A DNA stretch of 64,000 nucleotides from Octopus vulgaris (Eukaryota). A model generated the notes under the pieces. It saw only the letters and a program-made list of their open reading frames with translations, ran no database searches and was not told the DNA's origin. This document shows positions 28,417 through 43,568 of this stretch, piece after piece (within the stretch, counting starts at the first letter, position 1; each line of letters begins with the position of its first letter). The stretch spans positions 36,208,001-36,272,000 of the forward strand of contig OX597822.1 in the NCBI GenBank assembly GCA_951406725.2, read 5' to 3'. Both the position numbers and the translations under genes were made by a program.

Positions 28417-28575
28417 CAGAGCCATTTTAAAAACATTATAGGCCCCACTGGCAAAGCAGTGTATCGGGTCCCTACATACACAACTACAACATACATAGAT
28501 TAGCATTGGGCCCCTAGATTCGTGAAGGAGTTGCCAGGCAACTACCCTGTATACCCATGTTTCAAGACAGCAATG
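28417..28575. mobile_element. Old hAT-type MITE
   Basis: CA...TG termini with degenerate TIR; near-identical 8-bp flanks TCTGTAAG / TCTGCAAG. Confidence 0.45.
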
Positions 28576-31007
28576 TCTGCAAGCATTACTCCATTAGAGA
28601 AAGTCACTACATTTGCTAACCACTTTGCATCCATCTAGGGAAATCTTTGCACTCATTAAATAAAAAATCTTCCACAAGATACATAATCACACATGTCAAA
28701 CACAAAAGTACCTCCAAGTGCTTCAAACTAACAAAGTTACTGGATCAGATTCTTTAGTCTTTCTTTTCCTCATTCTAGTCTGCTTTTTTTTTAAACATGC
28801 TACAGTGTGTCCCATTCCCTTGAAGGCAATTCCTCATACTCTACCAACTACCACCCAATTGCATCCACTTCCAATGTCACAAAATAACAGTGAAAGACAC
28901 TAACAACAAGCATCTCTAATACTTTAAATTTCTCTTCCTCCAACATGCCTACCTGTACTGCTTTCATACAACTGGATCTACTGGAGATCCAATAACTAAA
29001 TTTTTCCCCACCCTATTCTTAGCAATATTGATGACTCTTCCTAAAGCAGAGAGCTGGCAGAATCGTTTGCACCCCAGGTAGAATGCACAGCAACAGTTCA
29101 TCCATCTTCATGTTCTGCATTCAAATTTCATTGAGGTTGACTTTGCCTTTTATCTTTTCAAGGTCAATAAAATAAGTAGCAGTTGAACACTGGGGTCACT
29201 CTAATCAGCTTACCCCTTCCCCTGGAATTATTGGCCTTGTGCCAAAATTTGAAATCAATATGACAACTCTTCACACATACTTGCTGGAAGCGCATAGCCT
29301 ACATTATAAATGCTAGATACAATGGCGATGAATGATAGAATTAGCAGAGAGAGGGTATTTCATTACTCATGTGGTATTATGCTACATTTCTGAGTTCAAT
29401 TATTTCCAAGGTCAACTTCTGCCACTTATCAATCAACCTGATGACAATAAAATAAGCATCAACCAATTACAGGGGTGGATTCCAATTGGCTACAATCCTT
29501 CCCTGAATTTGTAAATTTATGCCTCAGATCTGTTATATATCATTATCCTTTTTTATGCTGTGTGGTTTTAGAAAATCACTTGGCAACCACATGGTTTTCA
29601 AATCCATCTCCTCAATGCCAACTTACAGAGGTATCTTCTACCTTAGGCTCAAGTTGGCCAATACACTATGACTAGAATTTCATTGGCAAATTGTGCAGAG
29701 ACTTGCTGTGTATGTGTGTGTGTGTAGATATGTATATGTTTATATACAAATATGTATATTCATGCGTACATATGGATGTGTATATATATATATATATTAT
29801 AATACATAAATATACTTGCTTGCGAAGACCTATTGAGGCAAATGTAAACAAATCAAAATCGCTGATGTGGCCGATGAGAGTACCGCCTGATTGGCACTCA
29901 TGCCAGTGGAACATTAAAAGCACAACCAAGCATGATCATCGTCAGGCCACAGATTGGCTCTCATGCCAGTGAGACATGAAAAGCTCCATTCGAGCATGAT
30001 CATTGCCAGCATCACCTTACCGGCACATGTGCTAGTGGCACGTGAAAAACAACATTCAAGTGTGGTCATTGCCAGAACCGCCTGACTGGCCCACGTGCCG
30101 GTGGCACGAAAAGCACCCACTACACTCTTAGAGTGGTTGGCGTTAGGAAGGGCATCCAGCTGTAGAACATTTGCCAGATCAGATTGAGCCTGGTGCAGCC
30201 TCTGGCTCACCAGTCTTCAGTCAAACCGTCCAACCCATACCAGCATGGAAAGCAGACATTAAGGATAATGATGATGATGATATACATACATATATATCTA
30301 TGTATGAATATATATGTATGTATATATATATATCATCATCATCATCATTTAACATTTGCTTTCCATGCTGGCATGGGTTAGATGGTTTTACAGGAACAGA
30401 CAAGCCTGAGAGCTGCACCACCTGGATCCAGTCAGACTTTGGCTTGGCTTCTATTTCTGGATGCCTTTCCTAATACCAACCACTCAGAGTGTAGTGGGTG
30501 CCTTTTATGCGTCACTGTAACAGGTGCTGTTACATGTCCCCGGCACCAGTCACAACTATGATTTCACTTGGCTTGCCAAGTCTTCTTAATCACTGCAAAT
30601 CACCAAAGATCATGATCACTACTCATAGACTTCATAAGACCCCACATTTGAAGAACATCTTTCACTACCTTGTCCCATGTCTTCTTGGGTCTACCTCTTC
30701 TACAAGTTCCATCCTCAGTTAGAGATCAGTACTTCTTTATGCAGCTTTCCTCATCCATACGCATCACATGACCATACCAATGCAGTCATCTCTCTTGCAC
30801 ACCACATCTGATGCCTCTTATGCCCAATTTTCTTCTCAAGACGTTTACACTCTGCTGTACATGAACACTGACATTGCACATCCAGCGGAGCATAAAAGAT
30901 TCATTTTCTTTAAAGATGTCCACAGGTATAATATATATTTACATATATACACAAATACATACAAGCATGTGTGTGTATATGTGAGTGCATGTGTATGTAT
31001 GTGTGTG

Positions 31008-31083
<76 letters not shown>

Positions 31084-31117
31084 TAAATGTCTGTGTATGT
31101 TTGAGTGCATGTGTTTG

Positions 31118-31156
<39 letters not shown>

Positions 31157-31376
31157 CTGTATTTGTGCATGTGTGTGTGTATTCTACAGAAACTAGAATA
31201 ATTTTCCAACACAGATAGGCTGTGACAACAGCTTAGAAAATTGGGTAACCCAATTTTCTTAGTTGTTGTCACAGGTTATCTGTGTTTTAGAATTCCTTTA
31301 GTGTCTGTAGAATACTAACCCAATAACAAACCATTAGTTTGTTTACAAGATATTCTTGTGTGTGTGTGCTGATATG

Positions 31377-31439
<63 letters not shown>

Positions 31440-31456
31440 GCAGACAGACATATGTA

Positions 31457-32658
31457 CAGGGGTTGGACAAAATAATGGAAACACCTTAAAATTTATTTCA
31501 ATATGGGGTAGGACTGCCTGTGACAGTAATTACAGCTTGAATTGTATGAAGTATGGACTTGTACAAAGTTTTAATTGTTTTCAGCTAAAACAGTCTCCAG
31601 TTCTTGTAGTGTTGATGGTGGAGGATATTGACTCCTTACTTGTTTTTCAAAAATGCACCATAAATGTTCAATAGTATTGTGATCTGGGGACTGTGGTGGC
31701 CAGATAAAATGTTCAGCTTCACTAGAATGTTCCTCATGCTATTCTGTAACAACTTTAGCTGTGTGAATTGGTGCATTATCATCCTGAAAGATTGCATTTC
31801 CCCTCTGGAAACAGTTCCGCAACCATAGGATGAATTTGATCAGATAAAATGCTTAAATAGTCTTGACTATTAATTCTGCCATGAAGGGAAACCATTGAGC
31901 TGGCGGATTTCCAAGATATAGCCCCCCCGCCAGATCATCACAGATCCTCCTCATGTTTAACAGTTGAAAGAAGGCAGTCTGGGTCAAATGCTGCTTTTGA
32001 CCGCCTCCACACGTATCCTCAGCTGGTGGTCGGAAATAAGATAAAGGATGACTCATCTACATAAATAACATTCTTCCACTGCTCTAGGGACCAATTCTGT
32101 AGGTTTTTTACTCCACTCTAAACACTTTGCAACATTTGTTTTTGAAAGTAATGGTTTTCTGATTGCAGCCCTCTGGTGAAATCCAGCTTTGTGTAGGACC
32201 TAGCGAACAGTTTTTGTGGAAACTGGGTTCTCGAGGTGGTCATTAAGCTCTGAAGTAATTTTGGGAGCTGTATTTTTTGTGAAGAGTTCGACGGTCCCCA
32301 TCTGAAAGTTTTGGTTTTCTTCTGGAGTTTTGTTTCGATGAGGAGGTTTTTCCCTCTTTCTTAAAGGCTGACATTACTTCTCGATGCACCAAATATTTTA
32401 GTTGTTTTCATTACGCTAGCACCTGCCATATGAGCACCAATAATTTGACCTCTTTGAAAGTCCAATAGATCTGTCATTTTAATGAATTTTAATTACCTTT
32501 TCCTGATGATATCTGAAAAGAAACAGCAATTTTAGCAAAACATATTAAGCAACACTAATAATTAATCAAAAAACATAAAAATAAACAAGCTTTTGACGGT
32601 TTTATAGATATTTCAAAAAAATGATGCTAGGTGTTTCCATTATTTTGTCCAACCCCTG
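31457..32658 (-). mobile_element. Tc1-family DNA transposon with decayed transposase
   Basis: ~30-bp TIRs CAGGGGTTGGACAAAATAATGGAAACACCT, TA TSD; minus-strand frame starting at 32477 MTDLLDFQRGQIIGAHMAG; FQDDNAPIH motif; multiple stops and frameshifts. Confidence 0.93.
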
Positions 32659-33599
32659 TATGTATGTGTGTGTACATTATGTATAAGCACTTTGTTTCCC
32701 AGATTTTTAAACCTAAATATCAAGAGTACATATTACATACATTTTACATCAGTGAGGCATGTCATTATGTTCAGGATGGCATGACAGAAATAAATTATAT
32801 CTCTTGTTTATGCTAACTAATGTGTATCAATGAGTTAAGATCTCTATAATAATATTACATTTTTCTTTGATAATGATGATATATTAAATATTTGTTATAT
32901 CTGGCTGACACACATACCATGGAATTACTGTTGTCAGCCTTTAGTATCAAGGCCAGAATGTAATATTGGCCTTGCTTTTGAAGGCCAGTATTACATTTAA
33001 AACAATTACTTGAATTAGTAAGTGTTAAGATTAAACTAATGAGTAATCAATAAGGATAATACATAGATTCTGTCGTCGTCGTCGTCATCATCATCATCAT
33101 CATCACCATCATCACCATGCTTTTAATGTCTTCATTCTCTATGGTTGCATGGGTCAGACTGAATTCACCAGGGCAGATTTTCTATAGCTAGAGATGTTCT
33201 TCCTGTCACCAACCCTCACTTGTGTCCAAACAAGGTCATATTTCTCCAAGACTAGACATGTTTTCATGGATGTTTGGAAACAAATGACACCCCTTATATG
33301 ATAGTGATACTTGCTTACAACTATTATACAATATCAAAGCAAGGACACAAACACACACACACACACATATATGATTGCCTCATCTTTTTTTTTTATTGCT
33401 CACAAGGAGCTAAACATAGAGGGGACAAACAAAGACAGACAAAGGGATTAAGTCGATTACATCGACCCCAGTGCATAACTGGTACTTAGTTTATTGACCC
33501 TGAAATGATGAAAGGCAAAGTTGACCTCAGCAGAATTTGAACTCAGAACATAACAGCAGATGAAATACCACTAAGCATTTCGCTCGGTGTGCTAACACC

Positions 33600-34197
33600 T
33601 CATCTTGTCAGATTTACTTTCAGCTTTGCATGTGCACAGACAGATTTACTTTCATCCTTGCATGTGCACAGACATGACTCTTCATGTCATGCATCCATCA
33701 CTATAGAACTTTATAAAATACAAAACGGACCAAGAAATGAAATGATAGTGAGACATCTATATACCATTGGATTTAAGGGACAAAAGCTTGTACAACACTT
33801 TTGCCACTCTCTTGGTCACCATAGCAGGTCCCAAGGCAAGATGTGCACTGTAGGTTCCAGTGCATTGCAAGATGACTGCAAGTTTTATGTCAGAGTATCT
33901 TTCTCCTTGAAGAGCTGTCTTCCCCATGGCTTTATCAAAAATAATGAAGCCTCCTATACTCCAGGGAAATCTATTCAACCCATAATGGGACCCTGGCAGT
34001 TACTACCATACCAAGTCAGAATGAACTCCATGCTTCCCATAACTCCAGAACCTCTGAGCTGGTTCCTAATCACTGGATGCAGTTTAATGTCATACATAGG
34101 ACATATATGCATACATATATGTTGACTAAAATCATAATAAACTGATCCTCCTATATTTTCTTTTACCCAGAGCCAGGAACTTTTCAGCACCGCCTTG
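33600..34197 (-). mobile_element. Mariner relic (5' part)
   Basis: TA-CAAGGCGGTGCTGAAAAGTTCCTGG terminus on the minus strand; decayed transposase-like frames. Confidence 0.55.
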
Positions 34198-34988
34198 TAT
34201 ATCAATTAGTTGTACAGAGCACAGGCTAAAAGTCATTTTGAGCAGTAATATTTTCACTGACATACTGACCAAGTCCCTGTTCTGACTTGCATTAGCAAAG
34301 AGGTTATGTGCCTCTGGTCTTGTGAGTTGCCTATATTGCTAAGAGCATTAACAGAGAAGAAACCAATGGTAACCTTCTGACCAGCCATAACCAACAGCTA
34401 CATAAAACATATATAAATGGCTGATGCCACATGTAAAGTACTAGTGATGATGCCTTGTAAAACGCATCCAGTACACACTGTAAAGTGGTTGGCATCAGGA
34501 AGAGAACCCAGCTGTTGAGACCTTGCAGACAAAAAAACCAGACAATTGGACCTTGTGCTGCTCTCTAGCTGGCCAGCACCTATCAAATCGTCCACCCCAT
34601 GCCAGCATGGAAAATGGACATTAAATGATGACGATGATGATATATAAATGTATATTCTTTTATTATGTTACTTGTTTCAATCATTTGACTGTGGCCATGC
34701 TGGAGCACCACCTCTAGTCGAACAAACTGACCCCAGGACTTATTCTTTGTAAGCCTAATACTTATTCTATTATTCTCTTTTGCTGAACCACTAAGTTAAG
34801 GGGACATAAACACTCCAACATCGGGTGTCAAGCAATGGCGGTGGGAGAAACACAGACACACATACATATAAATATTTGTGGTCTGATCAATAAGTATCCA
34901 AACTGTTGCTATAGTAACGAGGCCAAATACAGAGAGGGAAGTCATTTGGCACAAATTGCATAATAGTGGTTTTTCTCTAATTTATATA

Positions 34989-35024
<36 letters not shown>

Positions 35025-35105
35025 TTTATATGTAAATGTCGAAATCTACTTCCTGAAATTAATGATTATTCCAAATTAATTAATTTCACCCTATATTATT
35101 ACTGA

Positions 35106-35141
<36 letters not shown>

Positions 35142-35659
35142 AACATTGCTAGAAATAGGATTAAAGTTGTTGACTCTTCTGTCAGTTCAAATAGAACATG
35201 TGACTTTCTGTGGCTGAGGGGGTCTTTAACTCCTATATCTAGCAATGCTGGTGCTACTGTATCCTTGGTCACTTTTAGTGATGATGAATTATTTCTTTTT
35301 TGGTACATATGTATATGTGTGCATGTGTGTTTGTGTGTGTGTCTACTACTTTACTCACACTTAGCCATAGTCACCTGGCTATGGCTAAATTAGTCAGATT
35401 CAGGCAATCCAACCTATCCTTATCACTCTATGCAAATATAATTATTATCTAACATTTTAGTTTTGTGTTTTTTGCAAATTAGATGGCTAATGACAGATTC
35501 ATTTTTATTAATGACAAACTCCTCAGTTAAATTCCTGGTTACACCCTTCATATACATACAATACATACACACACATATATATACTCTCTGACACACACTC
35601 ACACACACACACACACATATATTAAACTGTTAAGAACAGATATTAGACCTTGATCTTAG

Positions 35660-35701
<42 letters not shown>

Positions 35702-35705
35702 CATA

Positions 35706-35760
<55 letters not shown>

Positions 35761-36317
35761 AATATATAATATACACACACACACACATACACACACACAT
35801 ATCAATATCTATATGTATATGTGTGTATATATGTTCCACATAAGTATACCTTGAATAATGATGAAATCAAAATCTATTTCTGTGACTGTATTACTCAAAG
35901 GAAGATTATTGCTAAGATGGTCTGCTTTGTTTCCGGCACGTTGCTCCTCTTCTTGAGGTCACCTTTGACAATACACCTGTGTAAATCAAGTGTATGAGTT
36001 AGCAATGGAACACTTAATTGGAGCCTTGTCGGAGTGTTTACAGAAACTCAAGTCTCTCAGCACTTCTTGTGGCTGTTACTTGGCTTGCGAAAATAAATAA
36101 TATTGCGAGCAGGGAGGGGGTAGAGTGAGGAAGGAGAGTTCATTAAATGTTGCCATCATCATCATTATCATCATTATCATCATCATAGTCGTAGTCATCT
36201 CCAATGCCATTACTACCACCACCACCTCCACCATGACCACCACAACCATGACAACAATACTGACTACAACCGCTCTACCATCATCATTAGTCCTGTAATA
36301 ATAATCATCATCATTAA

Positions 36318-36718
36318 AGCGGTGAGCTGGCAGAATCGTTAGCACACTGGGCGAAATGCTTTGCGGTATTTCGTCTGTCTTTACATTCTGAGTTCATATT
36401 CCGCCAAGGTCGACTTTGCCTTTCATCCTTTCAGGGTCGATTAAATAAGTACCAGTTATGCACTGGGGTCAATATAATCGACTTAATCCGTTTGTCTGTC
36501 CTTGTTTGTTCTCTCTGTGTTTAGCCCCTTGTGGGTAGTAAAGAAATAGGTATTTCGTCTGTCGTTACGTCCTGAGTTCAAATTCCGCCAAGGTTGACTT
36601 TCCCTTTCATTCTTTCAGGGTCAATTAAGTACCAGTTGCATACTGAGATCGATCTAATCGACTGCCCCGCCCCCACACTCCCCAAAAATTTTGGACCTTG
36701 TGCCTAGAGTAGAAAAGA
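36318..36718 (+). mobile_element. Second tRNA-derived SINE family, dimeric form
   Basis: A-box TGGCAGAATCGTTAG, B-box-like GAGTTCAAATTCC; duplicated GCCTTTCATCCTTTCAGGGTCGA core; same dimer at ~14918-15292; monomers at ~33393-33598 (-) and ~52561-52787. Confidence 0.85.
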
Positions 36719-38020
36719 ATGATCAACATCATTATAATAATTATGATTTCTAATACAGGTTTCAAATTTTGGCACAATGCTATAAACTTTGTTGGAGGAG
36801 TAATCCAGTACTGAACTGGTGCCTATCTTATCAACCTCAGTGGAATCTAAACTCAGAACATACAGACAGGTGAAACGCCACTAAGCATTTTGCTTGGTGT
36901 ACTAATGATTCTGCCAGCTCACTGCCTTTATGATTTCTAATATTAGCACATCAGCACTGTTTTTGCATCAACTTTTCCATGCTGGCATGGGGCAGACAGG
37001 ACATGTTTGAGGGAGCAGAATTTTTTGGTTAGATGCCCATCCTTCATTGCTCCAACCCTTTTAATAACCTCTTATGATGTCTAGGTATGCATACTATACA
37101 AGATTTCAAAAAAAAACAAAAACAGAATACACACAAGACCACAAATTTTGAAGGTAGAATAGTAAAATTGACCCCAGCACTCAGTGATCCTTATTTTACT
37201 AACCATGAGTTGGATGAAAGGTTAAGTTAACATGTTAATTCTGGCAAACTTTTGACTCAGATTGTCAAAAAAAATGTAGCGAAGCGCCATGAGGGATGAT
37301 GCTCCATAACACTCAACTTATTCTGCCACTAACTACTGTATTTAATGGCATAAAAGACGTATGGGCTTATTAAATAAACCCCAATTTCAAGAGCACATAT
37401 CCAGGATAAGTTTTTAATGCATTAAATCTTGTAATAATAGAGACCCAATTTCACATACAGGATCCAGGGGGAAATTTTTTGAAACATTTTTGGGGAAAAA
37501 ATAGTGTATAATATAATGTGGTAAGAAGTTTGCTTTACAATCATATGGTTTTGGGTTCAGGTCCATGGTGTGGCACCTTGTCTTCTACTATAACCCTGGT
37601 TTGACCAAAGCTTTGTGACAGGATTTGGTAGATAAAAACTGAAAGAAACCCATCATATATATATATATATTTTTTTATTCTTTTACTTGTTTCAGTCATT
37701 TGACTGTAACCATGCTGGAGCACTGCCTTTATTCGAGCAAATTGCTCTCAGGACTTATTCCTTGTAAGCCTAGTACTTATTCTATTGGTCTCTTTTGCCA
37801 AACCGCTAAGTTACGGGAATGCACACTGGCATTATAACCATTATAATGGTTATAATTATTATTACAGGGATGATGATGACGGTGGTGATGGTGATGGTGT
37901 CAGTGGCAGTGATGTCTTTGGTTATGATAATGAGGATTATGAAACTGAAAGAAGCCAGTTTATATAATGTCTATGTATGTATGTATGTATGTATGTATGT
38001 ATGTATGTATGCATGTATAT

Positions 38021-38362
38021 AATAATAATAATAATAATAAACATTGTGTACAGTGCTCAGGTGCACTACAACTCATCTAAAGTGCATATATAATCAGGTG
38101 TAGTTTCGACGGATTTCGGAAAGCATGAGGGCCTTAAAGGATGCAGTGTCATGGCAGTCAACAACTGACGCAGGCAGTTTATTCCATGCTTCAGCAACTC
38201 TGAGTGTGAAGAAATGTTTCCGAAAGTCATGGGAGCTGTGTTGTTTTCTGACTTTGTAGGCATGTCCACATGTGTTAGACACATGGAGATCAAAAAGGTG
38301 TTCAGTGTTGTTATTGGTGAGGTGGTTGACAACTTTGTGGGCGTTTACCAAGTCCGTCGCTG
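38021..38362 (-). mobile_element. CR1/L2-clade LINE 3' end
   Basis: ORF2 C-terminal motif TCGHAYKV...RKHFFTLRVAEAWNKLP...SFK; (ATT)n tail; related fragment at ~42340-42584 (+). Confidence 0.88.
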
Positions 38363-39554
38363 TATGCATGTATGTATGTGTGTTACTGTCTCCTTACCTT
38401 AATATCATGTGATAATTGTAAATGAGTGTCACCGTCATGGAAGCTGTGTCCTTCACTTTCAATAATCTAAAAACATGTCCGGTCATGGGAAAATATTACC
38501 TTATTTGGAAACAGGTGAGAGTCGACAAGGAAGGGCATTTGGTCATCATAAAATCTGCTGCATAAAATTCCATCCACTTCATGTGAGCATGTCATCACTC
38601 TCAATAAAGAGGCTTATTTTGTGTCCTTTACTTAACACTGGCAACACATTATTAGAAAACATATTAGATTCATTAATTTATATGCATTGGAATTCTCAGT
38701 GCCCACCTGGGATGTGGTGGTGCTGGTGGTGGCAGCAGTAGTGGTGGTCGTCGTCATCATCATCATTGTCGTCATCGTCATCATTATGGTTTTGGTGTGG
38801 CAGTGTTATAACTCTAATGGTGATGGTGTTGATAGGGTTCAAGCCATCTCTGCTACATGAGGATAAAACCATGTAATTTCATACTAGGGCGTTGGCATGG
38901 ATATTGCAGGCCTCTTACTCTCTCTCTCTTTAGAAAAGCTTAATTATTGCATCCCTAATCCAGTATTTTCTTTCCATTAACACAGCGCTTAAATGAAAGC
39001 ACAGATGTCTGAGTTAATAGGGGTGTAGACTATAGTTTGTACCCAACCACTCTCACTGTGTTGGCTTTGTGCCCAATACTCTATATATCACTTAATCAAA
39101 GGAAGAAGGGTAGCACCCTTGTTCACTTTTCAGGGCACTGAAAACTGGTGGGAGTAAAGGAGGAAGTTATTCTCTGACCTGGGACCCAATACTTATGCTT
39201 ACAATAGAGGTACCCAAAGTATATGTGATGGTGTTAAACCAGGCAACAAATTAAGTCTGCCACCTATAATTATCAATGTTCCCTCTGATAGGCTTCACAC
39301 AGTTTCCATTTACTAAATTTCGTTCCCAAGACTTCGATAAACCTGAAGCTATTCTTTTATTCTTTTATGCATTTCATCCCAAAGGTTGTGGCCATGCTGG
39401 GGCACCTCCAGTGAAAACTGGCCTGCAAATTTTTGCTGGACCACCATGTTACAGAGATGTAAACACACCAACATCAGTTGTCAAGTGGTGATGGAGGAGA
39501 GAAACACAGACACAAAGACATACTCATAGATATATACATAAACATGCACACACA

Positions 39555-39593
<39 letters not shown>

Positions 39594-39809
39594 TAGCATG
39601 GAGAACGGACGTTAAACGATGATGATGATATATATATTGTGACTCCCTTCAGTCATGAATAACCATGGGATTGCACCTAGAAAGTTACTCTCCGAGGCAC
39701 AAGTCTGGTCAAGGTTGTTTATAGAAGACCAGCAGTCACCCACGCATACCAGCCTCCCCTCTCCACACCACCGATATCATCCAAGGGAAAGGCAAAGGCC
39801 GATACAGCT

Positions 39810-40126
39810 CATTTATTAACGTGCAAGTGACTGAGCACTCCACAGACACATGTACCCTTAACGTAGTTCTTGGCGAGATTCAGTGTGATACAGAGTGTGA
39901 CAAGGCTGGCCCTTTGAAATACAGATACAACAGAAACAGGAAGAAAGAGTGAGAGAAAGTTGTGGGGAAAGAGTACAGCAGGGTTCACCACCGCCCCCTA
40001 CTGGAGCCTCGTGGAGCTTTAGATGTTTTCGCTCAATAAACACTCACAATGCCTGGCCTGGGAATCGAAACCGCGATCCTACGACCACAAGTCCGCTGCC
40101 CTAACTACTGGGCCATTGTGCCTCCT
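39810..40126 (-). mobile_element. tRNA-headed SINE
   Basis: Minus strand TGGCCCAGTAGTTAGG (A box) ... GGTTTCGATTCC (B box) followed by non-tRNA body. Confidence 0.7.
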
Positions 40127-40149
40127 CACACACACACATATATATATAC

Positions 40150-40207
<58 letters not shown>

Positions 40208-41349
40208 TATATTATATAAGAATTTTTTGCGTAATAAGATAAAAAATTCTTATATACACATGCTGACATAGAACCAATATTGAACCCTTTATTCGCAATA
40301 TTACCGAATCTGGAGCTTAACTACGGTCTGTCTATAGCATGTATTCAGCATTACCTGACACCTTTGGGTCTCAATGACACCATTATCTCTTATATTATAT
40401 ATATATATATATATATACATGCGGGCTTTAACCGTAACAGACTTTCACTTTCCCAAGCGTCAAATTAATACACCTGCTAGTTGTTCATACACCTGTCTTC
40501 GTCTTTTGTGTTTCTATAAATTTCAACTATATGATGAGCATCTTTCACCAAATCTACTAACCAGGCTTTGGTTGGCCTGTGGTTATAGATAAAGACACTT
40601 ACCCAAGGTTCCACGCAGTGGGACTGAACTCAGAACCATGTGGTTAGGAAGCAAGTTTGTTACCACACAGTCACGACTGTGCCTACTGAGTTTTGATTTT
40701 CATATAGAAAATGCTACTTATGATGGGCTAGTGTTCTATCCAGAGGGAGATTTGTCTCATGTTAGCATCAAGACATCATAAAAGCAGGAGATGAGCAGCA
40801 AGCAGCAGTCCAGCGGTTTGTGGAGGCCTGTGAAGAAATCAAAAGACTGTCTAACTGGCACAATGAGTTGGTATTAACTTCAATGTTACAAAAATGAAAC
40901 ACATTCCTACTTGTCAAGACAGGAAGATGCACACACACACACACACACACACATCTCCTCCTCCTCCTCCCCCTCACCGCACACTCATTCCTGCAGCCAT
41001 AGACATGCCTTCCCCTATACCTTCTACATTGAAAAATTAATCAGAAATCTACAACAGTTGCAATTTTATTCTGTCAATGCAGCCAGTCCCATAACCCAAT
41101 CCTATTGGCCCCAAAGACAGCACCAAAAACTCTGCCTTCCAATTTTTTATCAAGGGCAAATCAGTTTAGAGAGGCACACACTTTTTCAAGTTATATACAG
41201 ATGTAACTATTCAATTTGACTCTGCAAACTAACAAAACAACTTTGGTTTTTGTGTAGTGGTAGAGTAAGTTGTTGTTAATCCCTAAGATCTATTTTCGGC
41301 TTAGTACACTTGGCAATTTAAATGGTAAGTCTCTTGGCCATGAACACAA

Positions 41350-41389
<40 letters not shown>

Positions 41390-41487
41390 ATTTGTGTGTC
41401 TAAGTGGCCAGGTAGTTCAGGTCATGATGTGTATACATGAATATATATATGTATGTATGTATGTGTGTATATATATATATGTATGTA

Positions 41488-41538
<51 letters not shown>

Positions 41539-41931
41539 ATATATATACATGTATGGATAAATATGTGTGTGTATGCATGCATGTATGTATGTGTGTATAT
41601 ATACATATATATATATATATGTATATATATATGTATGTATGTATGTATGCATGCATGCATGCACACAAATACACACACACACACACACGCTTCCATGTCT
41701 ATATTTATTTGAACTAAGGTTGTTAGCCACTACTGAAATTTCAAGATTTGCAATCTTTCAGGTGTCAGCTGAGAGACTGCAAAGAATAATGAAAGTCAAG
41801 TAGTCGCCAACCAACTTCTCAGTTTAAATAAATTTATGAATACACTCTGCACCATGTACTGAGTACAGTCTTTAATTATCATATTATTTATAAACTGTAA
41901 CATTTGTGTATGTGTTTCGTTAAGTATGTGC

Positions 41932-41969
<38 letters not shown>

Positions 41970-42212
41970 AAAAGGAACTTAAAAATCCAGGCAGGTATCA
42001 ATAAAAACTCTCAGTGTTAGATGAATTTGGTTAATTATATCAAGCAATGAGACACCAATGAATGCAAGTAGGACAAACATTCAAGATAATTCCTCATGTA
42101 TGAGAAGTAGATCCAAATATTGTTTAGAGGAATTTCAAGAAATTCAGAGTATAAGACAACAAAAAAGTGAATGGGGAAAACCACATCTTTACTATATATA
42201 TCTATATATATT

Positions 42213-42252
<40 letters not shown>

Positions 42253-43508
42253 CAAGTTCACGCGCACACACACACACACGAATATATGCATGTGTGTGTA
42301 TGCATGTATTCATATCTGTATACATGTTGTGGCATACATTGGAAAACTTGTATCAGTTGTTACTTGCTGAGACATTGCATCCTTTGAAACCTTCATGCTT
42401 CCTGAAATTCGCCAACACTACACCTGATATCCCCACCTCCATATGCATACCCACAAGTATATCATGACTCATACACTGTTCACCTTCCTGACTTTTGTAC
42501 ATAATTCTATGTACTATACATGCACCTTTGATGAGTTGTAGTGCACTTGAGCATTATACACAATAATTTCATTATTATTATTATAAACAGTTTGTGCTCC
42601 CACTTTCTAATTTACACTTCTCTTGTATTCAGTTTATTTTTGCTTATGAAAATATCCTTTATTTTCCTCCCTTACTGTCACAAGACAGTAAAGACTCTTT
42701 AACTTCCCTTATGACTCTCATTAAGTATCAATCCAAACATTTAAATCTGAATAATCATTCACATGGATATTTTATCCAACTCGATAATTATATATATATA
42801 TATATACACACATATTTGTTTTAATGTGTAGCTTGCTTGTGCAGGATGGAATTTGATAAAGTTCACTTTCTATGACTGAATGCCTTTCCTGTCACCAATC
42901 CCTAAATCCCTACCTGTTTCCAAGCAAGGTAATATTTTCCCATAACCAGATACATTTCCATGGAAAATTGGAAATGAAAGACACTACTTATATAAAGGTG
43001 GCACTCATTTACAACTATCACAGGCTGTAAAACACATGGGAGATACACACAGGAGATACACACACAAACACACACATACACATACACACACATACATACG
43101 AAGGTGCATAGCCTAGTGGTTCAGGTGTTGCACTTATGATCTAACAATCATGGGATTAATTTCTGGACCAAGCAAATATGTTGTGTTCTTGAGCAAAACA
43201 CTTCATTTCACATTGCTCCAGATCACTTGCTTGACCATGGTTTACTTTCAGCTGTCTTTTTACTCCAGGCACATAGAGAATATTATATTTTCTTATGCTG
43301 AAAAACCACAGCCAACCCACGAACTAACAACACACATACCCTGTGTATGTGTGTTCAATGTTGTTTATATACCTCAAGCTACTTCTAATTCCTATTTGAA
43401 TTTCTTCTGTGGTATGAAGCGTTGAGACATGCTAGCAGATGGTGTCTAAACCATTTAGCATGTAGTCATAGTTAGCGATATACCTTGCAGGGGACCTTGT
43501 TGAGTATA

Positions 43509-43553
43509 TGGCATTGATAAGTCAAAACAATGACGAAACATCAATGTCTGTCG
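43509..43553 (+). ncRNA. Type I hammerhead ribozyme with U3-A8 core variant
   Basis: TGGCA-TTGATAA-GTCA(AAACAA)TGAC-GAAA-CAT(CA)ATGTC-TGTCG; GUC cleavage triplet; all three stems can pair. Confidence 0.6.
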
Positions 43554-43568
43554 CTATGAGATAAGATC

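Noticed and set aside
40050-40126. tRNA-like sequence with A and B boxes
   Set aside because: Continues into a SINE body with no clean cloverleaf or terminator; SINE head rather than a tRNA gene.
40755-40895. Coding-looking stretch HQDIIKAGDEQQAAVQRFVEACEEIKRLSNW
   Set aside because: Short, no convincing splice donor or recognisable domain; may be an old transposon fragment.
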